From: a virus
Reading direction: 5' to 3' (one strand)
Length of the DNA: 64,000 bases
IMG/VR virus record: IMGVR_UViG_3300028569_000030
Location: 1 to 64,000 of that record
The notes beneath the pieces were generated by a model. That model saw nothing but the letters and a program-made list of their open reading frames with translations. It was not told the origin of the DNA and ran no database searches. Below, piece after piece: positions 38,339 to 47,910 of the stretch (its first letter is position 1; every line of letters starts with the position of its first letter). The translations under genes were made by a program, and so were the position numbers.

Positions 38339-41002
38339 ATGAGCGATTCATTTAATCCAGACAAATATTTAAAAAGTAAAGCAGGCGCGTCTTTTGATCC
38401 TGATACTTATTTAAAAAAGAAATCTCCATCTTCTGATACTAGCAAACTAGAGTCTGGACTTTTAGGCTTAGCTCAGGGCGCTACGTTTAATTTTGCAGAC
38501 GAGGGAGTTGCTGGGATAGAAGCCGCTTATGATGCTCTAACTAGCGACGAGACGCTAAAAAATTCTTACCAAAAGAATTTAGAAGAACAAAGAAAAATGT
38601 ACGACGAAGCTAAAGAAGCTAATCCAGCTAGTTACCTTACTGGAGAAATAGGTGGTGGAGTAGCCTCTGCTTTTATTCCTGGAGTTGGCGCTATTGGAAA
38701 TGTGGGAAGAGTTGCTAAAGGCGCAGGACTGGCTACTAAAATTGGAGCTGGTGTTTTAGGTGGAGCTACTCAAGGAGCATTGTCTTCTGTTGGAGCATCT
38801 GAAGAAACTGATGTTCCTGGATTAGCTGTAGACGCTCTTACTGGGGGACTTGTTGGGGGATCGTTAGGTGCAGCATTGCCAATAGCCGGAGCTGGAGTGT
38901 CGCCACTAGCTTCTGGGACAAAGAACGTAGCAAGAGCAGGGGCTGATTATTTAGGTAGCCATCTCGGTAAAGTAGAAGATTTGCTTAGCGCGTATGATCT
39001 TAGAAAAGCAGGAGTTAAGGTTATTGGAAAAGAGGCAGAACAAGCAGTAAAAAAAGAGACTTCTGAGACATTAGATAATTTAGTTAGAGAATTGAAAAAA
39101 AGCGTTGGAAAAGATAGTGAGGTTATTGGAGCTGCTATTAAAGACGTCAAAGCTGGAAAAATATCTACAGCAGACTTCCTTAATGAAATAGAGGACGGCA
39201 TTTCTAAAAAAGAAATACCAGAAGGCGCAATTAGAAGTGCAATAAATAAAGTTAAAGCAGAGCTTTCTACTACAGAAAAAATAAAAGATGTAGAAGGAGC
39301 TATGGCCGCTGCTAAAAATTGGCAGACAGAGCAACAAGATTTATTTCCAGATATAACTGTAAAAGATCCTTATGTAGCTAAAAGTGGGGAAAATGTAATA
39401 GCTGAATTAGAAAAGCCAGGATCGCTAAAAGAAAAGGTTAAGGCTTTACAGGTAGAAGTTCCAGAAATAGATGGAGAGCTTTTGCCTGAGTCTGCATTAG
39501 CTAGAGCTAAAAAGCTACTTGGTAAGGGAAAATTAAAATCTGAACTACTAGAAGAGCAATCATATCCATCAAAATTATCAATGGCTACAGCAGATGATGG
39601 TACTAAGTATGTGCAAAACATTGTGACTACATTACAAGAGGCTGAACCAAAAGAAGCTAAAAAACTATTTAAAGTACTAGAAAAAGAAGTAGTTAAGGCT
39701 GCTGACGATCTAAGTACCAACGATGCTTATGATTTATATAAAAAACTAAGAGATAGTGCCAATAAAGCTAGAGGAGCTGGAGGAGAAAACTATCTTGATA
39801 ATTTGGCTAACAGCCTATTAGTTAAAATAGAAAAAGCATTGCCAGAGAAAAGCAGAGAAGCATTGTCTACAGGCAGAGTACAAATGGCTACAAAAATAGG
39901 CCAATTAGAGCAAATGCCTAAGTTTAAAGATTTATCAGATTGGCTATCTAGAAAAGAAACAAGTGGATTTGTTGAGCCGGTTGAGGAAGTATTGACTAAA
40001 GGTAAAATAGGACAAGATTTATTTGGAGATAGTGACCACAACAAAACACAAAGAGAAGCTGTTTCTAAATTAGAAGAATTGCTAACTGGAAAACAAGATT
40101 ACTCTAAGAAACTAGAAGAGTTAAATACTAGAGATAGGCTTTTAAACTTGTCAAATAGAGATTCAAATTTGGGACAGGATTCCTTTTCCCTTACTGGGCT
40201 AGCTAAATCAGTGCTTCCAAAAGCATCTATTCCTGGATACGCTGGTAACTTTGCTGGATGGACTGCCACGCTAAAAGATAGTCCTATGGGCAAGCTTATA
40301 AAAAGTGTTTCTGATATTCTTGATGGCCCAACAAAGAATGTGGCTATTAGAGAGCTTGCTAAGTATGCAAATATTCCAGAAAGCGAAGCTATTGAGTTAG
40401 TTTCACAATATAAAACAGATGAGATATCTATACCAGATTCAGGTATAGCAAAAAAGAAAGACTATGAATCTGAGTATGATACTATAGATCCTATTGAATT
40501 TTTAGAGGCTTCTGAGGGAAGTGCAGAAACTGCTTTACCTGGTAATGTAAAAGTTCCAGGAAAAACTGGGTCCTATGATGATGGTAAAGGTAACATAACT
40601 CATGGACCATTTGGAGCCAATCAAAACTCTCTTACTACTAAAAAAGCGTATAAAGATTTGGGACTAGATATAAACAACTCTACTTATGATGAACACGCTA
40701 AAGCTGCAAGATACAATTGGCAATTACACAGAAAAACTATGCAACAATCTTTAGACAATAAAAAAGTTAATCTGGATGCTGTTCCACAAGAGAAAAAAGC
40801 ACTAGTAGATTTTCTCCTTACAGACTTAGTATATAATGGAGGACTAGCTCCTATCAATAGTAGTAGCGGAGCTAAGATGCTAGACTCTATTAAACAAGGC
40901 GATATTCCTTCTTTTGTTCAGCAATATCAAAGATTTATAATGGCTAAACCTGGGGCTGGTCCTAGAAAATCTGAAATAATAAAAGTACTAAAACAATTGT
41001 AA
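38339..41002 (+). CDS. large ejection protein with C-terminal lysozyme-like motif
   Basis: F(N/D)PD.YL repeats, Gly/Ala hydrophobic segments, SEG...YDDGKGNITHG...DLVYNGG. Confidence 0.6.
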   Translation: MSDSFNPDKYLKSKAGASFDPDTYLKKKSPSSDTSKLESGLLGLAQGATFNFADEGVAGIEAAYDALTSDETLKNSYQKNLEEQRKMYDEAKEANPASYLTGEIGGGVASAFIPGVGAIGNVGRVAKGAGLATKIGAGVLGGATQGALSSVGASEETDVPGLAVDALTGGLVGGSLGAALPIAGAGVSPLASGTKNVARAGADYLGSHLGKVEDLLSAYDLRKAGVKVIGKEAEQAVKKETSETLDNLVRELKKSVGKDSEVIGAAIKDVKAGKISTADFLNEIEDGISKKEIPEGAIRSAINKVKAELSTTEKIKDVEGAMAAAKNWQTEQQDLFPDITVKDPYVAKSGENVIAELEKPGSLKEKVKALQVEVPEIDGELLPESALARAKKLLGKGKLKSELLEEQSYPSKLSMATADDGTKYVQNIVTTLQEAEPKEAKKLFKVLEKEVVKAADDLSTNDAYDLYKKLRDSANKARGAGGENYLDNLANSLLVKIEKALPEKSREALSTGRVQMATKIGQLEQMPKFKDLSDWLSRKETSGFVEPVEEVLTKGKIGQDLFGDSDHNKTQREAVSKLEELLTGKQDYSKKLEELNTRDRLLNLSNRDSNLGQDSFSLTGLAKSVLPKASIPGYAGNFAGWTATLKDSPMGKLIKSVSDILDGPTKNVAIRELAKYANIPESEAIELVSQYKTDEISIPDSGIAKKKDYESEYDTIDPIEFLEASEGSAETALPGNVKVPGKTGSYDDGKGNITHGPFGANQNSLTTKKAYKDLGLDINNSTYDEHAKAARYNWQLHRKTMQQSLDNKKVNLDAVPQEKKALVDFLLTDLVYNGGLAPINSSSGAKMLDSIKQGDIPSFVQQYQRFIMAKPGAGPRKSEIIKVLKQL

Positions 41003-41025
41003 CGTCTTAAAAAAGGGCTAATCGT

Positions 41026-41295
41026 ATGAAGCAGCAGTTGGATAAAATCGAAGATAAACTAGATGGATTGGATAGGCGATTAGATAGTGTAGACATTACA
41101 TTAACAAAACAACACTCTTCTCTAGAAGAGCACATGAAAAGAAGCGATCACTTAGAAAAAAGAATTGAATTACTAAAACAAGAACTAATCCCAGTTGAAA
41201 AACACGTAGCTGCTGTTGGAGTTATTTTAAAGGCTATAGGAACTTTGTCTATATTTCTAGCAATTTTCGCGTCAATAAAACAAATAATGCGTTAG
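41026..41295 (+). CDS. coiled-coil protein with C-terminal TM (XhlA/holin-like)
   Basis: LDKIEDKLD...C-terminal hydrophobic helix. Confidence 0.55.
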   Translation: MKQQLDKIEDKLDGLDRRLDSVDITLTKQHSSLEEHMKRSDHLEKRIELLKQELIPVEKHVAAVGVILKAIGTLSIFLAIFASIKQIMR

Positions 41296-41688
41296 TCTTT
41301 CTCATCTCTAGTAACCTTGCCTTCATTTATTGGAGTTAGTTCGCATAGAGATGAAGCGCTTTTCTTTCTGTTGAATAAACAGCGATTTCTAGCGTTATTT
41401 TCTTGATAAATCTTTACCCTAGCCTTTGCATCAGTATAGAACCTAGCGTCTCTAAAATCGGCATTTATAGCTTCTTTAATGAACTGATTGTAGTATTCAG
41501 CAGCTTTTGGATTATTTGCTAGGTCTTTTAGGAATTTTTGGTCTATATCAATATAATCATGTCTAAGCTTAATGTTTCTAGCCTTACCAATATATGGGTA
41601 CTTTCTTAGCATTTCTGCTACGCTCATACTTTTGGGTTTTTTTGATTTGGTCGAAGTAGTCTTTGGCTTCTTTTTTGATTTCATCATT
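41292..41688 (-). CDS. hypothetical basic protein
   Basis: AAGGTG upstream of ATGATG; overlaps upstream gene by ~100 nt; start uncertain. Confidence 0.6.
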
Positions 41689-42021
41689 AACACCTTTTTC
41701 TACCGAAAAAAACCGCCTTCTACCCCAGCGACCCTTTCCTAACATTCTTCCCATTTCTCTAAATAATATATACCAGTTAACTTTATCTACGTCTTTTACT
41801 TTAGTGAATTTTTTAAAATACAGATATGCTATTATTCTAGGTTCTATTTTAGCAGAGGTTCCAGGAACTAAATCAAATTCTCTTAAGAATATTTTTAAAT
41901 GAGAGAGGTCAGACTTCCGTTTTCTGACCCCCTTATTCGACCTATCCTTGATCTTTGTAGATTCTTCCTGAATCTTAATCTCTTGTAGCACAACATTTAG
42001 AGCAGTTTCTAGTTTTTTCAT
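41584..42021 (-). CDS. hypothetical basic protein
   Basis: ORF packing. Confidence 0.6.
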   Translation of the reverse strand: MKKLETALNVVLQEIKIQEESTKIKDRSNKGVRKRKSDLSHLKIFLREFDLVPGTSAKIEPRIIAYLYFKKFTKVKDVDKVNWYILFREMGRMLGKGRWGRRRFFSVEKGVNDEIKKEAKDYFDQIKKTQKYERSRNAKKVPIYW

Positions 42022-42024
42022 ATT

Positions 42025-42813
42025 TTAAAGAATAGAATTACCATTAGTTTTACTTAGCACTTTCTGTGGATTAAACAAGTCAAATATTGCCGACTCTACC
42101 GCTTTAGTTAACTTTTTGCCTGAACTAGAGGTAGCGCTTATTGGAGCTGTAATTAATGGGCACTTAGAAAATGTAACATGAAAAGATCCAAACATACTAG
42201 CAACGGTTTGAGATTCTGTAGCCTGTAAGCTCTCTCCACAATTAATACTAACTACTGCATCTGAATGTCCATTAGCTACAGCAGCATCAGATAGTAACCA
42301 CAATTCGTTTACAATAGACTTTTGGTAATCGGCTAGTGATTTACCAATTCTTTTTGCAACAGCTTTATCCATCAAAGTAGTTAGTCCAGTCAACCACTCT
42401 AACCTACTATTGGCTTCTCCTGGGATCTGACCACTAAGTCCTCCAATTGCTGCTCTATGGCTCATTAATACTCCACTGCCAACAATAAATCTATAGTCTA
42501 GTGATTGAGCTATGTGGTATCCCATTGATGCTGCAAAAATAGTAATAGTGTGTACTTTTCTATTTAGTCCTTTAGCTGCCTCAATAAATAAATTACCAGC
42601 GTCAATAGATCCACCTGGAGTATATAGGACGACATAAAGAGGTACATTTTTTGGAAGCTTTGAGGACTTGGCATATAATTCTCTAGTTTTAGCTGACATC
42701 AGCTCGCTTGTGACAACTCCCCTAATAGAGATAGTGTTGTTGTCCTCAAGAGCAATAATTGCAGAGTTAGCATAAGATGCAAATAACATGGTTAAAGTCA
42801 GTAGTAATTTCAT
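42025..42813 (-). CDS. ClpP/crotonase-like serine protease with signal peptide
   Basis: TPGGS, FAASMG, LMSH motifs; N-terminal MKLLLTLTMLFASYANSA. Confidence 0.8.
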   Translation of the reverse strand: MKLLLTLTMLFASYANSAIIALEDNNTISIRGVVTSELMSAKTRELYAKSSKLPKNVPLYVVLYTPGGSIDAGNLFIEAAKGLNRKVHTITIFAASMGYHIAQSLDYRFIVGSGVLMSHRAAIGGLSGQIPGEANSRLEWLTGLTTLMDKAVAKRIGKSLADYQKSIVNELWLLSDAAVANGHSDAVVSINCGESLQATESQTVASMFGSFHVTFSKCPLITAPISATSSSGKKLTKAVESAIFDLFNPQKVLSKTNGNSIL

Positions 42814-43211
42814 TTTTTCTTATTCCTTTTTCTTTCTTCTTGTTCCAATCTAGTTTTTTTCTCAGAGCATTCTGAGCAGAGGAGTTGAAATCCTTCCTTA
42901 GAACAAAAAAGTTGGTTTATATATGAATCCCAAGTCGTAAATCCTTCCATTGGAGGGACCACAGGATATATGTGATCCATAACTGTCTTACCCATTATAA
43001 CACGAGAAGTTGTTTGATTGCAAATATTATCGTAATTTTCTTTCGAAGAGCCTTCGTAAACTAGAATTCCACAACTTTTGCACTCGAAAGTAGCAGGAAA
43101 TCTTTTTGCAGCAGCCTTCACTTCATTTCTAGGATACCAAGAAAATGATAGTCTTCTAAGTGCTGCAATTATTCTACCTTTAAATCTATTTGACTCGTTT
43201 TTTGTTTCCAC
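42810..43211 (-). CDS. HNH-like nuclease
   Basis: CKSC...MDHIYPV...QLLCSEC. Confidence 0.7.
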   Translation of the reverse strand: METKNESNRFKGRIIAALRRLSFSWYPRNEVKAAAKRFPATFECKSCGILVYEGSSKENYDNICNQTTSRVIMGKTVMDHIYPVVPPMEGFTTWDSYINQLFCSKEGFQLLCSECSEKKTRLEQEERKRNKKK

Positions 43212-43674
43212 TTTCCTTCTTTTTAAGGTCAGAAGACGTAACTCCAGTCACCTCAGTGTTGTATGGCTTTAGTTTAGTTCTGTTTTGGCACTTAGGAGAG
43301 TTGCACGCTCTAAAATAAAAATCTCCATCGTGTCTAGGTAGGATTATCAGCTTCATAATTCCAGTACCACAAGAATGACATTCCCATTTTTTTATCATAT
43401 CGTCTATAGTATCTTCTTTCTTTTCCTTAGCTTCTTTTAAAGTTAGATCGTTTTTAGCTGCTACTATAAGCTCTTCTACGGTCAAATCTTTTGATACGCC
43501 TTTTAAGAACTGTACATTCTTATGGAAGGCATCTGTAAGAGTTTTAACTTCAGAAAGAAGTTGTCTTTTGTCTGATTCTAATCTTCTTATGATACTTTTT
43601 AACTTTTTCTCTTCTGAAGATTTTGGTTCTTTATCTCTGTATATGTACTTATCTTTACGTATTTTTCTTGCCAT
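43186..43674 (-). CDS. coiled-coil + Zn-ribbon hypothetical protein
   Basis: CHSC...C....C; likely start MARK at 43674 after GGAG. Confidence 0.6.
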   Translation of the reverse strand: MARKIRKDKYIYRDKEPKSSEEKKLKSIIRRLESDKRQLLSEVKTLTDAFHKNVQFLKGVSKDLTVEELIVAAKNDLTLKEAKEKKEDTIDDMIKKWECHSCGTGIMKLIILPRHDGDFYFRACNSPKCQNRTKLKPYNTEVTGVTSSDLKKKESGNKKRVK

Positions 43675-43684
43675 GTCATCTCCA

Positions 43685-44098
43685 CTAATTATTTGAAGAA
43701 CCGAATCCTTTGTCACCGCGATCTGTACTGTCTAATGAACTAGCCTCTACTATATCAAATCTTTCATACTTAACAATAACAAGCTGGGCAATCCTTTCTC
43801 CTGGAATGTATATCCCATCTCCTTGAGTCTTTTTAAATCTAGCTTTAATCTCGCCTCTATACGACTCATCAATAACTCCAACACAATTGCCTAACATCAA
43901 AGAAGTATTAGTAACACTAGATCTAGGAAACAACAATCCTACATGGTCTTTTGGAATTTCTACAGCAATCCCAGTTCCGTATTCTATGTAGCTATTAGCT
44001 AATTTTATAGATACTGCTGTAAGATCTAGTCCAGCATTTCCATTACTGTAGTTTGGAATTATTGCGTCTGGATGTATTTTTTTTATTTTTAGTTCCAT
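43685..44098 (-). CDS. dut: trimeric dUTPase
   Basis: AGLDL, PRSS, GVIDESYRGEI, ERIAQLV, RGDKGFGSS. Confidence 0.95.
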   Translation of the reverse strand: MELKIKKIHPDAIIPNYSNGNAGLDLTAVSIKLANSYIEYGTGIAVEIPKDHVGLLFPRSSVTNTSLMLGNCVGVIDESYRGEIKARFKKTQGDGIYIPGERIAQLVIVKYERFDIVEASSLDSTDRGDKGFGSSNN

Positions 44099-44294
44099 TA
44101 GTTCTCCGTATTAAATCACGTTCTAAACATAGCTTTAGAAGAGTTTTATTGGTATATCCCATGTTTTTAAGCTGAGTGTAGCAAATGCTTTTGAATGGTT
44201 CTTGTTGGTTAAATAAGCCGTCTAATAATCTATCTATTCTATCCATTAGATCTCCTAGTAAATCCAGTCTATCAGCTATTTGATATATGGTCAA
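44043..44294 (-). CDS. hypothetical protein
   Basis: ATGA coupling with upstream ORF. Confidence 0.5.
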   Translation of the reverse strand: MTIYQIADRLDLLGDLMDRIDRLLDGLFNQQEPFKSICYTQLKNMGYTNKTLLKLCLERDLIRRTNGTKNKKNTSRRNNSKLQ

Positions 44295-44602
44295 TCATCA
44301 TTCTCGGTATATTTTTTATCATTATATGCATAGTAACTAGGATCGTTTACGTATTCCTTTTTTCTTATTTTTTTTACCTCAGATGGACTACATACGAGTA
44401 ATCTATATCCAAAATCTATGGTAATTACAGGTATTTTTTTTCCTCTGTATTTTTGCAATTCTTTTTTGCAAATTATCCCTACGTCAAATTGACGAACATC
44501 AGAATCTTTATATTTATCAGTATATATCCTTATGTACGTACCTTTTCCTGGAGTTATAAATAATATAAACCATTCTATTAACATCTGTAAATACTTTTTC
44601 AT
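44291..44602 (-). CDS. hypothetical protein
   Basis: likely start MKKYLQ at 44602 just after upstream stop. Confidence 0.55.
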   Translation of the reverse strand: MKKYLQMLIEWFILFITPGKGTYIRIYTDKYKDSDVRQFDVGIICKKELQKYRGKKIPVITIDFGYRLLVCSPSEVKKIRKKEYVNDPSYYAYNDKKYTENDD

Positions 44603-44603
44603 T

Positions 44604-45119
44604 TTACCTGCTTGCTTTATATTTTTGTATGAGTTGTTTATGTTTATTAATCTGTTCTTCGTCAGTAGGAAACTCTGCTGTTTTATAGTACACTTCGTAT
44701 TGCCATATGTCAAACTCTGCTGCCATCTCAATTTTCCATTTAGGAATCTTTATGTCCACATCTTTTACAATAATGTCCCAATATTTAGCGCTCTCTACTT
44801 CTAAATTGTATATTTTTTTTCTCAATTTTTTAGGCATCTCTTTAGTGATAGGATACATCAATGCTTCCTCTATTTTAAGATCTGGTTGACGCTCTTTTTC
44901 GTATATGAACCAGAGATGGTGCCCTAGTTCGTGGATTAGAGATAGGATTGTGTCGGTTTTACTGTGTGATTTATTTACGTAGATAGTAATATTAGATCCG
45001 TCTGTTGTCCAGGATGCTGCAACTGCATTATCGCTAGTTTGAGTAGATAGAGTTACTTTAACTCCTAAAGCAGTTGCATATTTCTTAAGACGATCAATTT
45101 CTCTATCTCTTATATGCAC
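44604..45119 (-). CDS. HExxH zinc metallopeptidase-like (ImmA/IrrE-like)
   Basis: LIHELGH plus downstream LEVESA. Confidence 0.7.
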   Translation of the reverse strand: MHIRDREIDRLKKYATALGVKVTLSTQTSDNAVAASWTTDGSNITIYVNKSHSKTDTILSLIHELGHHLWFIYEKERQPDLKIEEALMYPITKEMPKKLRKKIYNLEVESAKYWDIIVKDVDIKIPKWKIEMAAEFDIWQYEVYYKTAEFPTDEEQINKHKQLIQKYKASR

Positions 45120-45123
45120 TTAA

Positions 45124-45766
45124 CTATTCCTTATTTGGTATATCAACATTAAATTGAAATTTAACAATTTTACTAATCCACTCAAAAAACTTTTTATAAG
45201 TGTGTGTACCTTTTGCTATGTTACACTGCTTACAGCAAGATAGTACATTCCCTTCTACATACCCTAAATCGCTATCAATTCTATCAATTCCATTATAAAC
45301 ATAAGACGGATCTGTACCTTTAGTCCTAGATTTCCTAATCTGTCTGGGCTCTAATCCACAGTAATGACAATTTGCCGTGGTTAAATATAAAAAAGTTTGC
45401 TTATCTAACTCAAATTTTAAATCCCTATCTTTAGCTCCGTTTTTATACGATTGCCAAACAGCTGAAAACGTACAATAAGAGCTTTTGGTTTTGTGGGCTA
45501 TATTGTGAGCAATAGTAGCTTCTCTTTTGTGGCATCCACAAGACTTAGTCTTTGCTCCTAAATCAGAGCCTCTAACTAAAGTAGTAGTTCCACAATCGCA
45601 TTTTACTTCCAATACTGATTTATATTTGTGTTTAGGTATGGTTTGAACCAATTCGCTTCCAACATATTTAACTGCTACTAATCTTCCAAATCTTTTACCA
45701 GTTAGATCTTTTCGGTTATTAGCAGCGCAAGTAGTTTGTATAATGGGATTTTTTATAACAGCCATG
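45124..45766 (-). CDS. HNH homing endonuclease
   Basis: DLTGKRFGRL, CDCG, CHYCG, GIDRIDSDLGY..GNV..CCKQCN..K; likely start ATG 45766. Confidence 0.85.
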
Positions 45767-45767
45767 A

Positions 45768-46931
45768 TTATTCCAAACACACTGGAAAACTGTGATAAAA
45801 TGGGTCAGTCCTATCTTTAGTCTCTATATAATAATTAATTGTTTGAGATGCTTCACTATCGTACCCATTAATTTCACTATACCCATCTTGTCCAGCTAAA
45901 GATGCGTTTACTATAATCCTACCTCTACCAAAACTAGTCATTTCATGGTAGTGACCTAATCTAAAAAACCTAATAAGTTTACCGACTTGTTTACTTCTTT
46001 TCGAAAGATGCGCCTCGCACGACTTTCTAGTGACTCCACCTTTCATATGGTCCCCATGCTCATATAAAACATCACTTCCGTATATGTTTAAAACGTGATA
46101 AACTCCTTCTGGTATTATAAATTCTATATTCTTGTATCCAGCAAGTCTGCACATGTCTGCTAACATATTATATATTATCCAAGTTAAGTTTTCTTTACCT
46201 GGATCTTGGTATGTATTTTCATGACTAAGCCTATCGTGATTTCCAGTAACACAAATAAAAGTACATTTTTTTCCAGTAGAAACAATTGGAACAATGTAAT
46301 GTTCATATATAGATTTAATTGCATGCACTACTTGTTCGCTATTTCCAAATTCGCAAGCTCTTCTAGACTCCATTCCGTGAAAATCCGAATTTTCAATCAT
46401 ATCTCCGCCCATAAAAGTTACAATTCTCTCAACATTGTATAGGCTATTATATCTAGAGTATTCTGATAATACGACTCTTCCAAGTTTCTCCATTCTTTTT
46501 TTAGCAACAGCTATGTTAAACGTCTTGCTTTTTTTCCCGTAGTGAAGGTCGGTTAGCATTACCTCCATAGTCATCTTTCTTTTGGTTTTATCAAGACTAG
46601 CTTTTTGAATAACTGGCTTAGTAAATCTAATTTCTGATATTAAATCTTTTATTTCAGTTAATAAATCCTGTCTTTTTTCTAAATACCTAATTACATCTAA
46701 ATTTTGCTTTTGGGCAACACTCTTTTGTTTTCTTGCCCTATCTGTAGCTTTTAAACTCTCAACTAAAGGATCTACAGTTTGTTCAATTCCGTCATATCTA
46801 TAAAAAGTTTTACGAAGAGCATTTGCAGTAAATCCTGGAAAGTGTTTTGTTAGTTTATCCCAACTAAGTCCTTCTTTTTGTCGTAAACTAATTAATCTAC
46901 TAATGCTAGTTTCTGTCCATTTACTCGACAT
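45768..46931 (-). CDS. calcineurin-like metallophosphoesterase with N-terminal HTH-like domain
   Basis: TDLHYG, GGDMIE, GNHDR, HGD, GHYH. Confidence 0.85.
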   Translation of the reverse strand: MSSKWTETSISRLISLRQKEGLSWDKLTKHFPGFTANALRKTFYRYDGIEQTVDPLVESLKATDRARKQKSVAQKQNLDVIRYLEKRQDLLTEIKDLISEIRFTKPVIQKASLDKTKRKMTMEVMLTDLHYGKKSKTFNIAVAKKRMEKLGRVVLSEYSRYNSLYNVERIVTFMGGDMIENSDFHGMESRRACEFGNSEQVVHAIKSIYEHYIVPIVSTGKKCTFICVTGNHDRLSHENTYQDPGKENLTWIIYNMLADMCRLAGYKNIEFIIPEGVYHVLNIYGSDVLYEHGDHMKGGVTRKSCEAHLSKRSKQVGKLIRFFRLGHYHEMTSFGRGRIIVNASLAGQDGYSEINGYDSEASQTINYYIETKDRTDPFYHSFPVCLE

Positions 46932-46942
46932 AATGCCTCCTA

Positions 46943-47299
46943 TTATCTAGTAGATTCTATAGCAACTTTTGCGCATAGTCCAGTAATTACTGCTCCTAAT
47001 GCAAAAAATCCCACACTACTCCAAAATGTTTTTCTTTGAGAAGAAGAGAGGTCTTCCCTGACCGTTTTAACTTCCTGTTTGTATAATTCTATACGTTGAT
47101 CGCTAATATCTGCTAGATCCTTTAGCTTAATATTTTGCTGCTCAAGTAATTTATTTTGCTCATCTGTTTTTCTAAACTTTGCCATTTGCTCTTGGTTTGA
47201 TAAAATTCCATCAAAAGGAGCTTGATCTCCTTTTTTTAGAATAACCATATCATTTGCTAATACTGAGAAAGATAATAGTGCAAACATTAAGTATTTCAT
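46943..47299 (-). CDS. exported coiled-coil protein with C-terminal TM (spanin-like?)
   Basis: signal peptide, coiled coil, C-terminal TM; next to endolysin. Confidence 0.45.
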   Translation of the reverse strand: MKYLMFALLSFSVLANDMVILKKGDQAPFDGILSNQEQMAKFRKTDEQNKLLEQQNIKLKDLADISDQRIELYKQEVKTVREDLSSSQRKTFWSSVGFFALGAVITGLCAKVAIESTR

Positions 47300-47505
47300 T
47301 TTTTACTCCAATAGGCTAATTCATCTTCCAAGCTTTTAGAAGTTGTATCTTTTTTACTCTCTTCTATTTTTTTGTCCAACTCTTTAATTTCTGTTTTTAA
47401 AACTTCTTGGTTTTTTTGTAAACTTGTTTGTTTAATTTCTTGTTGTGTTTGCTTACGCTTAAACAAGCTTAGTATAAATTTTATGATGTTAGAAAAAAAA
47501 CTCAT
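47296..47505 (-). CDS. small protein, amphipathic N-terminus + coiled coil (lysis accessory?)
   Basis: SD AGGAG; MSFFSNIIKFILSLF. Confidence 0.5.
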   Translation of the reverse strand: MSFFSNIIKFILSLFKRKQTQQEIKQTSLQKNQEVLKTEIKELDKKIEESKKDTTSKSLEDELAYWSKK

Positions 47506-47512
47506 AATACTC

Positions 47513-47896
47513 CTATGGATTAAATACTCTAGTTCTTCCTTTTACTCTAGACTTAGGTTCCCTAGTCTGAACATGAACCCAAGTTTTTGCAACTTCTGGA
47601 TTCTCCATCCAAAGTCCACACTGTTCCAGTATATCGTCAGTGCAGAAGTTTGTCAAATCTCTGGATTTATCAGCAAAATCAGCTGCTTCGCAAGTTAAAT
47701 GACATGACCTACTTCCCCCACCAACCTTAGTATTAATAGAAGGTGGCCTATATCCAGAAGAAACTATCATTTGCTTTCCGTATAAAGCCCTTAGTTTATT
47801 AACTGCTATAAGCAACTTATCCAAATTACTCTCTTGTTCTTTTGATAGTGGCTCTGCTTTCTCTCTTCCCATTAAAATCTCATCTCTAGTAATCAT
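47513..47896 (-). CDS. peptidase M15 endolysin
   Basis: SSGYR...N..VGG...S.H....AAD...WVH. Confidence 0.88.
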   Translation of the reverse strand: MITRDEILMGREKAEPLSKEQESNLDKLLIAVNKLRALYGKQMIVSSGYRPPSINTKVGGGSRSCHLTCEAADFADKSRDLTNFCTDDILEQCGLWMENPEVAKTWVHVQTREPKSRVKGRTRVFNP

Positions 47897-47910
47897 ATGA
47901 TATCCTTTTG

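Noticed and set aside
42025-42813. Prohead protease annotation
   Set aside because: Opposite strand, far from head genes, and carries a signal-peptide-like N-terminus
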